DNA of 63,849 nucleotides, filler included, from Sluysia triapertura (lineage: Eukaryota): NCBI GenBank assembly GCA_046118255.1. It is 5 parts of 5 records of this genome, joined end to end, with 100 filler letters (N's around TTAATTAATTAA, not from the genome) between each part and the next. Parts side by side here need not be neighbours in the genome. Positions count along the whole stretch, not along the records: positions 15,443 to 26,316 come from JBJNIA010192262.1; positions 26,417 to 40,373 come from JBJNIA010012869.1; 3 more parts are not named here. One strand, 5' to 3'. The notes below the pieces were generated by a model that had not been told where the DNA came from, ran no database searches, and saw only the letters and a program-made list of their open reading frames with translations. This document shows, piece after piece, positions 25,202 to 38,842 of the stretch. The translations under genes and the position numbers were made by a program. Position 1 is the stretch's first letter, and every line of letters starts with the position of its first letter.

Positions 25202-26316
25202 TTAGTCATTAAATTGAATTCATTACTCTATTCATTGTATTACACATGAAAAATAAAATAAAATTATTTCAATAAATCATTTTAACACTAATCGTACCAC
25301 GACCGTTTTTAGTTTTTAATTGTATTGTTTTTTACCATTTTATAATATGATTTTTAATTTTATATATAATTTTATATTTAATAGGTTTGGTGTTAAAACT
25401 ATTCATAAATTAGGTTGAAAAGAATGAAATTTGTAGTTAATAATATTACCAACTTTGACGGATTATTATTTGGCATTGTCTTAATATTTTACCGTTGTTT
25501 TTTGATGGAAAATTACATATTTCGCATGTTAACAGCAATCATTGTAAGCTCTAAAAAATATTAAAAACTTTATTTATAAATTAATTTCGTTGAAATTGGA
25601 ACTGTTGGAAATTCTGACTATTATGAAGTATGCGTTCTGTTGGGTTTGCTTGAAGATAAAGAGGAGCACAAGGGTTGTAACTCGTGGTATAATAACGAAT
25701 CAAGATACAACATTACAATAACAATATAAGTCTATAAAATATTTGAATCAAAATGAAAAAAATGAAAGATACGAAGAAAGAACTCTTTATATGGTTTTAA
25801 TTGTTAAAATATTTGTAACATAAAAATATATTTGTTTAATTTAAAATTTTCATTTAAAATTAAGCATAACATAATATTCATCTAAAATAATAAAAATTTA
25901 AAATAATAAAAAAATTATTCAAAATAATAATATTAAATGGAGATTATTATTATTTTATTACTATTACCATTATACTATTATTATTTGTACTATCAAATTC
26001 ATTTAAATTTGTACTATTACTATTATTTCATTGTGTGTTTCGTAATTATTATTAATACTACTACTACTATCATTATTATTATTATTTAACTGTGACAAAA
26101 TTATTATAATATTAATTTAAATTTTATTATAGAACTTATTATTTATAATTTTTAACTATATTGGATTGATTAATATGTAGTTTTGAATTATATTGGATTA
26201 ATTTAATTCATTAATATGTAATTTTGAACTATATTAGAATGATTTAATTTTACATATTGATTTCGATTAATTTATATTGGATTAATTTAATTCACTAATA
26301 CGTGATAATATTAATA

Positions 26317-26416
26317 NNNNNNNNNNNNNNNNNNNNNNNNNNNNNNNNNNNNNNNNNNNNTTAATTAATTAANNNNNNNNNNNNNNNNNNNNNNNNNNNN
26401 NNNNNNNNNNNNNNNN
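26317..26416. other. Assembly gap with linker
   Basis: N44-TTAATTAATTAA-N44. Confidence 0.98.
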
Positions 26417-27899
26417 TATATATATATTCGTTCAATTTCTGTTTAGTTAATGTAGAAAATAATTTTGTTAAAATATATCAGATTTTTACTAAATTAAGTT
26501 CATATAGTTATGTCATTTGTGTTTTACAAATATTATTTCTAAATAGGTTTTAGCTTTTCAACTTCAAAAAAATGTTAAATGAAGTATTTTGTGGACAAAT
26601 TTATGCTGATTACTATTGCCATAAAAATATAATTATTTGTATAAATATTATTAACTAGAAATGATATAAAAGTAATGATTTGTAGATGATATAGAAGTAA
26701 AACTGTTGTAAATAAAACGATTATGATAAGCATCATTTGATAATTTAAACATATTATGATAAGTATAATCGACAAAAATTCAATTCAAGTATTTCAGTAT
26801 GTGAAACTTTACTAAAGATCGACTTGATTTATCGAATAATATCTTTGTTTATCGTAGCGAAATTGTTATTCCTACTTGAGTTAACAAAATGTGAAACAAG
26901 CTTACGTTCATATTTCTACTTATCTAATTTAGATGCTTTTCTTTCTGAATCTATGGACCATATGTTATTTAATGAACGAATACTTGATAGTTATGTACAT
27001 GAAAACTAGTTCTTAAACGTTTATCTTATCAAGGCAAAATAATGTATCTGGCCATGTTCCGATGACACTTTATACATCAAATTTCTGCTCCTAACAGCCT
27101 TTTCATTTTTTTAGATTTGTCATATGTTCATGAAATATATACAGAAATATTTTCTCAACCGATTGTGTAGATATATTCATTATGTTATTTATAATGGTTA
27201 CACTAAATCCACATCGCTTCTATAGTATTGTCATGTCATTAAATTTTAGATTACAAACAACTGGAAGTTGCCATTGTTTAATAATTTACTTTAATGTTGG
27301 TTATACAAATAATTAACACTTATAAAATATTAGTTCCTAAATTTTACTATAACAAAAGTTTAAAATAACGAACTAGTGTAATATATTAATATAAATTTCA
27401 TAATAAAAAAATATAACTAGAAAAAGAGAACCACATTTTCATGATTTTCCTAATTGCAAATAATTCAGGAGACTGACTTAAACAAAGAGAAAACAAAGGA
27501 AAATATTTTCAAATAATTTAAATTACTTAATAATTACTATAAATAGTAATCGTTAATTTTATTTAATGTGTAAACATTTTTCAATATACAATCATTTTTT
27601 AGTGATACTCATTTATTTTAAATACTCCAACTATTCACTTGTATGCTCTTTGTTGTTACAACAAATGATATGATAAATAACATTTAGAAATATATTTCAA
27701 TATTCAATATGTCAATATTCTTAAAGATAAATCAAAACGAAATATCGTCCAGTCATTCATTGATTTATTATTATACAATGATGTAGTAATAAAATAATGA
27801 TTGTATTTAGCATTTAATATTTAAAATTATAAATAATTTCAAAAATATATTAATACCAGTCTTAGTTTCTCTTATTACACTATCTTTTCCTCAATTTTA

Positions 27900-30321
27900 A
27901 TACATGCTTTAATTGTTAAACTTCATAAGACGTTTATAAATACCCAATCATTATCTGGATAAAATGTTATTCAAGTGTTTCACTAATAAAACTTATCTAA
28001 GTAATAGATCTGCCTATAATAGATGACTTAAATCTTAATGGAAAGCAGCCTGTGGGAATTTTATTTAATAATTTTGAATATTTCATAATTATACTCTACC
28101 TGAGGGTACTTTTGAAATATTATTTTTCTACTTTTATAATCTATTATCATACTTAATCGGTTTATTCTTTCTTTATAATTTCTGTATAACTGATTTTAAT
28201 AAGTTTTCTGTGCAATTAGGTACTTTATTAAATTCTAATTCACGAATTAACTATAAATGGTTCTCTTTATTTTTTTAACAAATTACTTCCATAAAAAATC
28301 CACAATTACATAGTCTTAGAAATATGTATTAAAATCAAATGAGAGGAAATTAAATATACAGTAATAAATTTAAAATGATGAACTTTAATAACGGAAAATA
28401 TTTCACATTAATGTTATTTTTATGATTTTATGATTTTCACATTCTGCCTGTAAATAATAATTACAATTTTAGCAGGATTTAAGTTATGAACACTTAATAA
28501 ATATAAAAGTTTGTTGTAAGATACATTGTCTTACACAATGAAGATATAAAATATAACAAATTTATTAAGATACATAATCTTAATATTTGTTTAATATGAT
28601 CTTTATTTATGATTTTAAAAGTAGTTTAATCTAATTGAAAAATAAACCCAATTTGAGTAGTATATTAACCCTTACTAACTAAAAGCGAAGTTTAGTACTT
28701 TATAGTACTTTTTATATGATCTATACAATAAGATATTACTATTAGATTTATGATGAATTCGATTATAATTTATTGGATGAGAATTTATCTTATGTTTGAG
28801 TTTGTCGATTCTTGATGTATTAGATTTCGAAATATTGTTCAAGAGTTTAGATTTGATGAAAATATATATTGGATTTCTCTACAATTTACTAAAGTAACAT
28901 TTATTGTTAAATCCGGTGACATCGGTTCGTGATTAGTTATCATATAGCAACCACCAGCAGTCGAATTAAAATATCCTTTATTGATAGTGTTCAAAATGTT
29001 ATCTTCACTAAAACCTGAAAATAAGTTCCGTGGTATGACGATCATCATTTTAGAATTGCGTATTTAAGATATGATCTGTTTTGAAAATAATGTATGACAG
29101 TAAAATTTTGGCAAAGTCTGCTTTTTTTACAACTTATTTTTATTTTTTTGTTCTGGTCTTCGCTATATTTTTTTGAGACTTTTGCTGATTAGTGAATTTT
29201 CCAAATTTAGTTTGCCCAATCAGAGCACCAAAGTAATTTAGTGATATGTACTCCGATTGGGTGATGTACAAAACTCAAACAATTTAATTACAATTGATGT
29301 GAAAAATAACTGATGACTGACCATCATCAGGGCTGACAGTCTAATGAGAAATGTGACATAGACTGTCAACACTGGTGATGGCAGTAACCAGATTAATCTT
29401 CATTTATTACAATTTTTATTTTTAACTATTTAATAACAATAATACTGTAATTATTATTGTTAATAAATGAAAATAAAATGATAAATGTCTCTTTTACTTA
29501 AACTCCACACGATCTTGTCTTTTTATTTCTTTAATTCTACATATTAATAAATGAATAAAAATGAGAAAAGATAAAAAGATAAACAAAAACAAATGACATA
29601 TTGTGAAGGAACAACGGTAACGAGGTATGTTACGTTTCGGTTATCGTTGTTGCTTCGTATTGAGATAATGAATTCTCTAAAGTTTTATTATATTTATTTC
29701 TAAATGTAAAAGAAATAATTTGAGTTGTACTTGAAACGAAGAATGTTAGAATAATTACTAAAATTTAGTAAAGGTTTGTAATTAAAACGAGATTTATGTC
29801 TTGAATATAATAGTTTGAGATGCTTATTGAAAAGTTGAAGTTAGTTTAATTTTAAAAGATGATTACAAAATAAATCTTAACGTATTTATAATGTTGTTAA
29901 GAATAAGTGTTGATGATGAATATGTGTAAATAAAGTGGGTTTGGTTTGGTGTAGTTGATTGAGAGTTTTAATGCAAAAGTTATTTATGTCTGAGGTTATT
30001 GTTAATGTTATAAAATGATGTTATTGTATTTATAATTTTTGTATTATATATTATGGTTATGGTCTGTTTGATGAAGTAGTTTTTGAATGAATGTTGTGGA
30101 TTATTCGAGCTTAATTAGCAGGGTATGTTGTGGAGTGGAAGTTGAGAGTGTTAATCGAATTGTTGATATATGAATTTATGAGGTGTTATAAATGTCGAGT
30201 GTTGTTTATGATGATTGAGTTGGTATAGTTCGATAGTATGAAGTGTTTTAGTGAAATTTAAATTATGGATGTTGAGTATAGTATTTTAATAAATTTTAAG
30301 TTGCGAGTGTTGGCCACTACA
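27900..30321 (-). mobile_element. Family Y copy 1: long structured leader, degenerate ORF1-like region and start of APE endonuclease (probable 5' part of a LINE)
   Basis: Reverse-complement homology to 49602-50800 over about 1.2 kb, beginning TGTAGTGGCCA. Downstream fragments FKIIK*NSHRL and ISFISET resemble APE N-terminal motifs. Confidence 0.55.
29214..29656 (-). other. Cluster of three stem-loops (29214-29262, 29316-29385, 29605-29656)
   Basis: Inverted arms of about 15, 27 and 17 nt are visible; homologous hairpins occur in copy 2. Confidence 0.7.
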
Positions 30322-31913
30322 ACAAAAATAAGAGTTGCTAGATTACTTAACGAAATACGAGTTTTATATTTTTTTTACAAAATCCTTTATAGTTATTTTA
30401 GGTCTAATCTATATGTTTGTTGAATTAGATAGAAATGTGGTGTGCAAATTAGAAATAGAAATATGGTATGTAATAAAATTTTATCAAATAAAAATGAAAT
30501 ATGGTGTGTATTTATTAACTATATCTATATAACTGAATTTAATTTGCTGTAGAATATATGAAGACAGAATAGACACTCAACAATGTAATTTAATTAAATT
30601 TAGTATTAATATGTACAAAATGAATGAAGACAGAATAAAAACTTAATTAAATTTAGTGTTGATGTGTGAAGTTAAGTTATCAGTATAAAACTTTTGGCTG
30701 TATAGTAATTTTGTAATAATAATGCTTAAATATCATAGGTTGAATAGAGGGAAAATTTATGATGAATTCTTTAGACCAAATTCAATATTTGGTAATTATG
30801 GTACGTATTGTTTATTGAAGATATTAGCATTTGGTGTATATAATTTTAACAAGTAACATTATTTATTTATGTTTAATAGCAAGTATACAATCTAAACTAA
30901 TAAAATAAAACCACCTGAGGAAAAAAGTATTACGCATGAAAAAGCTTTACTTTTTTATTTGTAAATTGATGAGTTTTTTGCGTCAAATAAAATTTCATCG
31001 GACTTAAAGCTTTATTGATTTTGGGTAGTTAAAATAGGGTTCAAGAGTTATAAATTAATCGGCATTTCCATCTTTAATAACAGAGACGAGTATTAACCTA
31101 ACCTTCAGAATAAGTTTATGTTAAGTTCATAAAAGAATTTAAGAAAAAATATGTTTCTTTATTGAATTTAGAAACAAATCTAATAAAATAAAATTTATTA
31201 TTTAATGCCAAATTGTAAAACCATTAAAATATTTTCTTATTTATTATTCTAGAATCCATGAGCGATCGAAAGTATTTTAAGTTTACTGGAACATAATTAA
31301 AAGTCTTCAAAAATATGCAAAATTTAAGCTATTTCTGAGATATTCGTCATCAAAAATTCGGATTTTCACAATTTATAGTGCAATCAATTCTTTAAATTCA
31401 CAAGAACATTGTTTAGCTTGTACATATGTAGTTAAAATTGCAATAAAAATCCCTGTTAAAAAATATTTTTAAATTATTGCATTATCAAATGAACATTTAA
31501 ATATTATCTTTGAATTCTAACTTTACACTCATTAATTTCCTTAAAGCTTGCATTAATTAATTCAACTTTTCACTGGATATGCTAATAAATTCACCTGTCA
31601 TTTTATTTTATTATGTTTTATATATCGATTATATTTCTTAGTTAAATTGTACTCTTTTTTAATAGATAGCATAATTATGTGAAAGATTTTGTTCTATTTA
31701 TTATAATTGTTGCGTCTTTTGAATTTCTTAGATTTATATTAACTTTAAATTCAAAACGCATTAAATCAAAATAAAATTCAAACTCATTTAAATTCCTAAT
31801 CAAACAATTAGGAAAAATAAAGCTGACAATTTTGCAACTGTCAGATAACGCTAATAAAAGTCCCATTTTCAAAACAAATAAAACAACTGCGACTGCTAAT
31901 ACTACAAATAAGA

Positions 31914-32447
31914 CAGGGTTATGCATTAATATATTTAAAATTATTTAAAATTATTCACAATAAATTTAAAATTATGTTTTAATGTGTTTAAGTTTATGAA
32001 ATAAATTTAATGGCAACAAGTCATTTTAAAAGATTATGTTTTTGATGTAAAATTTAAAACTGAAACTGATCTTGTTTTTTATTTCGGATCTTGGTTAGGG
32101 CTTTCTCCTTCTCTTCGTTTCCAATATGTCTTCATCACTTATGTAGCTGTAATTTTCACAATTATGTTGTACGTTGTTTGTAAAGATTTATCAGCATATT
32201 CTGCAATTTCATTAGCTAAACAATCTTTATCAAATATCTTGCGCATTCTTCTGTAGTGATGGATCGTCTTTTTTTTCTAATTTTTTTGCCCTCTCATGAA
32301 TAATTTCATCTGATAAGTTTAATTCATCTTCCATGGGAAAATTTAATAAATTTTTTATAATTAAAGGAATGTAAACCAAGATTTATTCTAAATCATATTT
32401 AATAATCATAATAATCATAATTTTAAATATATTAATGCATAACCCTG
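31914..32447 (-). mobile_element. Internally deleted IS630/Tc1-type element (534 bp) with N-terminal HTH fragment
   Basis: Perfect 31-bp TIR cagggttatgcattaatatatttaaaattat; TA on the right, GA on the left. Minus-strand remnant MEDELK..NEIAEYADKSLQTTYNII..KRRRKP. Confidence 0.85.
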
Positions 32448-34244
32448 TAAATAATTAAATATTAAATAATTAACAATCAACTTTCATATGATAGTGGTGA
32501 TACGATGAACCACTCGATAAACCAAGAATTTAATAATAAATGTCAAATAAAAAGTAAAAAGTATTTAACTTTTCACAAATCAATTGAACGGGGATTTTCC
32601 CAAAATGCTTAAAAGTATTTTGGAGAAATATTATTTGAGTAATCGATTGATAAGGGATTTTCCCCTAAATACTTTTAGATAGAATATTACTTTCAAAATA
32701 AATTAAATAGGGGTTTCCCAAAAGTACTTTAAAATATTTATAATTTGTAATTTAAAAATGAACAAATAAAGTAATAGTATAATAAAAATTATATTACCAA
32801 TATATGGAACGTGGATCTTCTATGAATATATTGCTTTATTCTAACTTGCAATTATTATTTTGTAAAATATTTAAGTATTCTTTTTTTATATCTTCTCATT
32901 ATCCAATCAAACATTTCTTACACAAATCATGAGAAACTTCTTTGAGGATTAGACCGACAATACATTTTCGACAATTACATGGTATGGCCTACCAGACTTT
33001 ATTAGGTACAAAACCAACCATTATTTTCCTTTAGTTTACTCGAACTATTTTTTACTTAAATTACTTCTCACATTAAAGTAATAATCGTCGGTATTATCAC
33101 CATACATAAAAATAATGAATTTAACATTATTTTCTAGAATTCATTTAATTTTCAGATTTTCACTCCCAATTTTCTAATAAAAAATGTTTAAGTTTCTTAT
33201 TCTCAAATAGATCATTCCTCAAACATTTCAAATTCATTTCTAGATTTAAATTCATTTTATTTCGTTATAGTAAGAATTTCGTATTCAATTCATCATTTTC
33301 ACCATTCTAAAAAAAGAAAAATTTAACATTGAAAATTGAAAATTAATTAATATTTGACTTTGCGAAATATTACCACTCCACTACACCGCATCTTCATCAA
33401 AAGACCTCGTTAAAACAAACACATATCCACATAGAAATGTTATTCATTAATTAAGATTTTAATTAATTAATCTATTTTTAGAATGATTATTTTTCTACTT
33501 CTTTATCTTAATTATGAATTTATCAAATTTTTCTTTAATATTAGTAACAATGATTTTATTTCTCAGATATTTATACGGTACTCAAAGATCTCTAATGCTT
33601 ATTAAGGTTTCAAATATTCTTAAAGGTTAATGATATCTTAAATGATCTTAAGATTCACTAGTTCAACAGTACTTTAATTCTTCAAAACATTTCTCAAGTT
33701 CATATCAAACTTTCTCAAAGGACTCAACACCTTAAAAAGATCTTTCCAACTCCTAAGTATTCTTCAACATCAAAAATGTTTATAGAATCTTTTATCTTCG
33801 TCATTCTTATTCCAATAATATTGCATTATGTTCTTTACCATCATTTTTATCTATTCTTCCTGCGTTTTTCAATTACATATCTTTCTTATTCATTTCTTAT
33901 TCAAACGTAGGATAATCCAAATATTACAACTACAAAAATATTCATAACTTTGTAAACGAGTAATTATTCTTTTCAGTCAATCCTAACAAATTTAATCTTT
34001 TTTATTTACTTTTTTTATAATAAAAAATATCTACAAATTTCTTTGAAATTTATATTTTATATGAATATTCATTAAAAAAAACTTTTTAGAATGATTTAGT
34101 AATTAGACGATAGTGCGATGTAAACATTTAAGATTCTTTTTTTCATTCATTAAGATTTTCGATTTAGATTCAACAATACTATCTCTTGAAATACGTGCCC
34201 GATTTCAATTATTACACCATTTGTATTATATCGTTCAGTTTTGA

Positions 34245-34322
<78 letters not shown>
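34245..34322. repeat. (TAT)n microsatellite
   Basis: Visible tandem repeat. Confidence 0.95.
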
Positions 34323-34327
<5 letters not shown>

Positions 34328-37319
34328 TAATTTTATCGTCTTAATAATGTGTATTAGTATTGTTATTAAATAAATTAAAAGAATATATGCATAAACTTCA
34401 CATAATTTCCTATTTCAGTATTTAATTCTTGTCTTCGTGGTTTAACGGGTTGACCTTCCGTTTCAATTATATTGATAAGGTTATTGTTGAAGACAATGAT
34501 TGCGATGATACGTTTATTTTTCTGATACGTTAACATTTTCTGATGTTAACAGAACTTTTAGCTGGAAAATCTTCTGTATATTCTGTGGTATTTTTGATCT
34601 AGGTTCAATGCTTTTAGGCAAATTTTCCGAAACGTTAACAAGGACAATTCGAAATACGTTTGGATTGTTAATTTATCTGTTCCTTTCTTATATTTGGAAA
34701 GTTTTCATTTAATTCATATTGAATAGTGCCATTTAAGTAACACTGTTTAGATGAGAAAAACATAAAGAAGTTATGATAGAAATTAAGGAGAATTTGCGTT
34801 GCTTTTATGGAAATTCCATTATTATTTAGCAATATTACAACGATGTTATTTTAAGGTCTCAAGAGTTTTGTATATTAAAGTGCTCGGATGTTTTCATGGT
34901 TTTTGAAGTCAGCTTTGTGATTGTATGTTTGTGATTTAGATTTATCGTTTTGTATATGTTATACATGAAATTTTAAATGAAAAAGTTGAACCACCACAAA
35001 TAAAACTCGGATTTGCGTTTAAAAATTCACTTTTTATAGGTGAAGTTTTTGACAGCAACAATCGGTTTATAAAACTGTACACGAATTGATCAATGTTGCT
35101 TAAAACGCTTTTCTCAATTGAATTAAGATAGTTTGAATAAGGTTTTTCTTTCTCACAAACAATGTACAGTATAAATCATGAAAGTAAATGGTGATAACAA
35201 CTATGAATACATCATATGAAAAAAGACCATTTTCAGTTTTCACAAATTTTGATTTTTGGCGTTATGAACGTGTACATGACATCATCAGTCAAGTTTAAAT
35301 GACTCAAATGTTTCCTAAACGTTTCTCAAAAATAATATGTTTTTGTATTTGATTAAATTTAATAATTTTTAAATAAATTGGACAATTATTTTTGTACTAT
35401 TTTATTTAAAAAGGGACCTAATACTATTTTAGCATGTTCCATAAAACCTAGAATACTAAACTGCTCAAAAGTTCGATTCTTTTCTGAAAAATTTTAATTT
35501 ATTTTGGTAATTTTTACAGGTACGCCATTAGTAAGTCGTATACTGTAAACGCACTCAGAATAATTAATTATTTTGCTCTAGGTTAGGTTTTTAGATTAAG
35601 AAAACACCCAGCAAATTTCTATTTATAATTAAATAATTGTTTCTCGCATAGCTATCATTTAAAAAATATTATTTTGTGGATATGATGGAGTTTAAACGAA
35701 GCGACTTGAAAAAGATGTAACGATGGAATAAATGCGTCAGTAATTGACACCAGTAATGTGTCTGCGAGAAACTGCCATCAAAATTCATTGTTGGTAATTT
35801 CGTCGTTGATGACGAAGAGAGTAGGCAACCATTGGTTAAAGAGGATGTTTTGTATATATTTCTCAATTTACATATTCTCTTTATTAGTTAAATAAATATT
35901 ATTTTCTATTGGACAAGATTTTCGTTCCAATCCTATATAAAGCTAAATAAGTTTGTTTTATCTATTCAGTATTATTTAATTTATTTAAAAATGAAAAAAT
36001 ATTTTTAATTCACTAGAACTTTTCACAAACATAATATTATTCAAAATTATTAGATTTATTTTATTACAAGTTTTATGTAAAACACGATAATGTGAAATTT
36101 ATCTGCATTTTTCTATTGCAATATCTATTTTGTTGAAAAATAGTGATGGAATATATGATAATATTTTGAAATAGTAATTATTAATTAATATTAATTGTAA
36201 TATTATATGTAATATAATTTTATTATACGTGATAATTAATTACTAAGACTAATTAGTTGTCATAAAATATCAATAATATGATTTTATAGGATCATTATAA
36301 TATGATTTTATAGAGAAAATTAATATCGCAAAAATAAAAATACAAGATAAATAAGTACAAACACAAACTAGATAAAATAATAAAATAATAAAACATAAAA
36401 TAAAAATAAATGATAGTGCTAAACAATTTTGTAATATTAATCCCTTAACTGCGCCTATCTAAGTTATGAATGTCTTATATCTGATTTCATTTAGACGCAC
36501 ACGACATAGAAACTCACGTAATTTATTACTATTTGGTCTAATTATAAAGAATTATTTCCATTTTATACCTAAAATAAGTATTGTGAGAATATCAATTTTG
36601 AAGAAGTTCAACTTATGGAAGATATGCTGTATTTTATTTTGAGGCAAAACTATACATCTACATAAGTCGAATTTCTATTCTGCACCAAAAATAATCAAAT
36701 TAGAGAAAATATTACATTTTAGGAGTTCCTTTTATGGAAGTTTTACTGCACAATTTCTATTTTTGTAAGCGAAAATTTCATTTTACACCAAAAACAGACA
36801 TAGAGACAGCTTCAAATTGCAAGAAGATCAAATTGCAGAAGGATAATGCATTTCGTTCTAAATACAAGGAGAATGTGTTTTTAAATTTTATTCTTGATAA
36901 AAATATTGTTATAAAACAAAATAAATGATTTTTACTTGAAAACTTTTATTTTTTGATTTTTTTGCGTATGGGCGGCTTGCCTATTAAATGTGTACCATTA
37001 TTCAAAGGTTTAAAAATATCAATAAAGATATTTATCGAAACTAATTTATTTTCCAAAGTACTATTCAAACCGATCAATGGACTATTTTCAGTGTTTGATC
37101 AAAATTATCATGATTTCTCTTCACAAAGTGTTTTACTCTTAAAGCATATTATCTTGACATTGTATTCCTTTTTTTTTTAAACAAAAACACATAAGTCACT
37201 GAAGCGAGATCTGGGCTCTAAAGAAGATGCGAAAGCTGAATAAACAAGATTCTACAATTGTATCTGTGGTGAACTCAACCTAAAAACGCAAAACGACATT
37301 AGTAATATCAGTAACATAT

Positions 37320-38660
37320 TTTAACTTATTTCTTACATGACTTATATCATTTAAAACACATCAACAACTTCCTATAACAATCTATATTCAGTACAACACG
37401 TATAAACAACAACATCATAACAATGATAAAAATACACACTTACATTTCCACTTAGTTTTATATATTAGCACTATTATTTTTATAATCAAAAATTTAGAAA
37501 AATAAACATTTATTATTATTATTATTATTATTATTGTTGTTGTTGCTACCATTCAAATAATATTGTTATTCTTGCTCTTCGTTATCATTTATCACTTATT
37601 TGTTTCGTATTTCATTGTTTGGTTTTATTTTAATGTTTCCGAAATCTTTATATTCACTTAACTTAATTGCCAATGCGATGCTTGTTTAAATACATTGGGA
37701 AAAAGAATCTATCGCAGCACCCATGTATATTTAAATATAGCATTTCACGATCTTTTCCAAAAAGTCCGAACTCAAGGTAAAGAAAACATTCAGCTCAACA
37801 ACAACATCAAGCACAATTTTGAAAAAATTTGACTTCGTAATTTAAATTTAAATCAAATTGCTCGTTATTCGAGAAATTTAGTAATATCAACAACACCATG
37901 TCGAATCGAAAGATCTGTCAGAGTGACTGATTACTTACTAATCCATATTGATACTCCGTAAGAAGAAAAATGTATCATGAATCACTTCGTACAGAACCTC
38001 GCCAATCAATATCTGATCAAGCTGCGCTTGGAATGTTAGAAGAACGCCAGTACTCACGTAAGTGTTAGTCTAAAGTCAATTGGTCATGCTTATCAATGTG
38101 CCACATTTTTTGCAAAATAGTCTAACTCGAAATTAGTTTATATAACGTATATAATGTATTAGTTTATATACTAGAAAAAACTTGGACATCATTAAACTTC
38201 AAATAAGTAGATCTTGGTTAACTTTAACTATTATTAATGAAATTGTATCAAAATTATCGGAATGGCAAAATATAATAAAAATAATGCAAGTACCCAAACT
38301 ATGAAAAACAAATCAAATAAAAACAAATCTAAATCAAAAAGTTGTAATCGATGACAATAATAACAGTAGCAGTAATGAAGACTGACAGTGAATATAATCA
38401 ACATACTGCAACATCGGATAGCTGTCATAAAATAGTATCAAAATATCTAATCCAATTACGGAAGAAGAAGTACTAACAAAAACTGACATTAATAAAACCA
38501 AATCAAAATAAGAACAAGAATTAAAATATAAATATTTAAAAGACAACAAAACTCGCAAACGGTTACTTTCATAATAATATATTGCCCTAACTATACTATC
38601 AATCAATTTCTTGGATATTCTTTGAAATATATGTATATATTCGTGAGCTTTGGTTAATTT
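37320..38660 (+). mobile_element. Probable family Y copy 3 (C/A-rich leader, hairpin, ORF1-like region, APE start)
   Basis: C/A-rich head, (TAT)n(TGT)n tract, hairpin 37678-37743. YLLIHID..RKMYHESLRTEPRQS resembles LISIHLE..RERYHDEIRESTRSS in copy 2. Followed by LTILSIN and YIRELWL (APE-like). Confidence 0.4.
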
Positions 38661-38842
38661 AAAGTTCCATAAAATCCTGCTAACAAAATGTTTTCACGCT
38701 AACTTAAGTTAGTGATAAATTATTTTTACAAAATCTCTATTTGAAAAAAAGTAAGGCTTAAAACCTTTTATGATATAAACTATATTTTATATTTTTATAA
38801 GTTATATTTTATTTTGCTGTCACTATAACATATGTTTTAGTA

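Noticed and set aside
26824-27009. ORF with hydrophobic N-terminus
   Set aside because: Starts at TTG, no recognisable domain or splice context.
29305-29350. CTGATGA motifs suggesting a hammerhead ribozyme or Penelope element
   Set aside because: No stem II followed by a correctly placed GAAA on either strand, and the motif is not conserved in copy 2.
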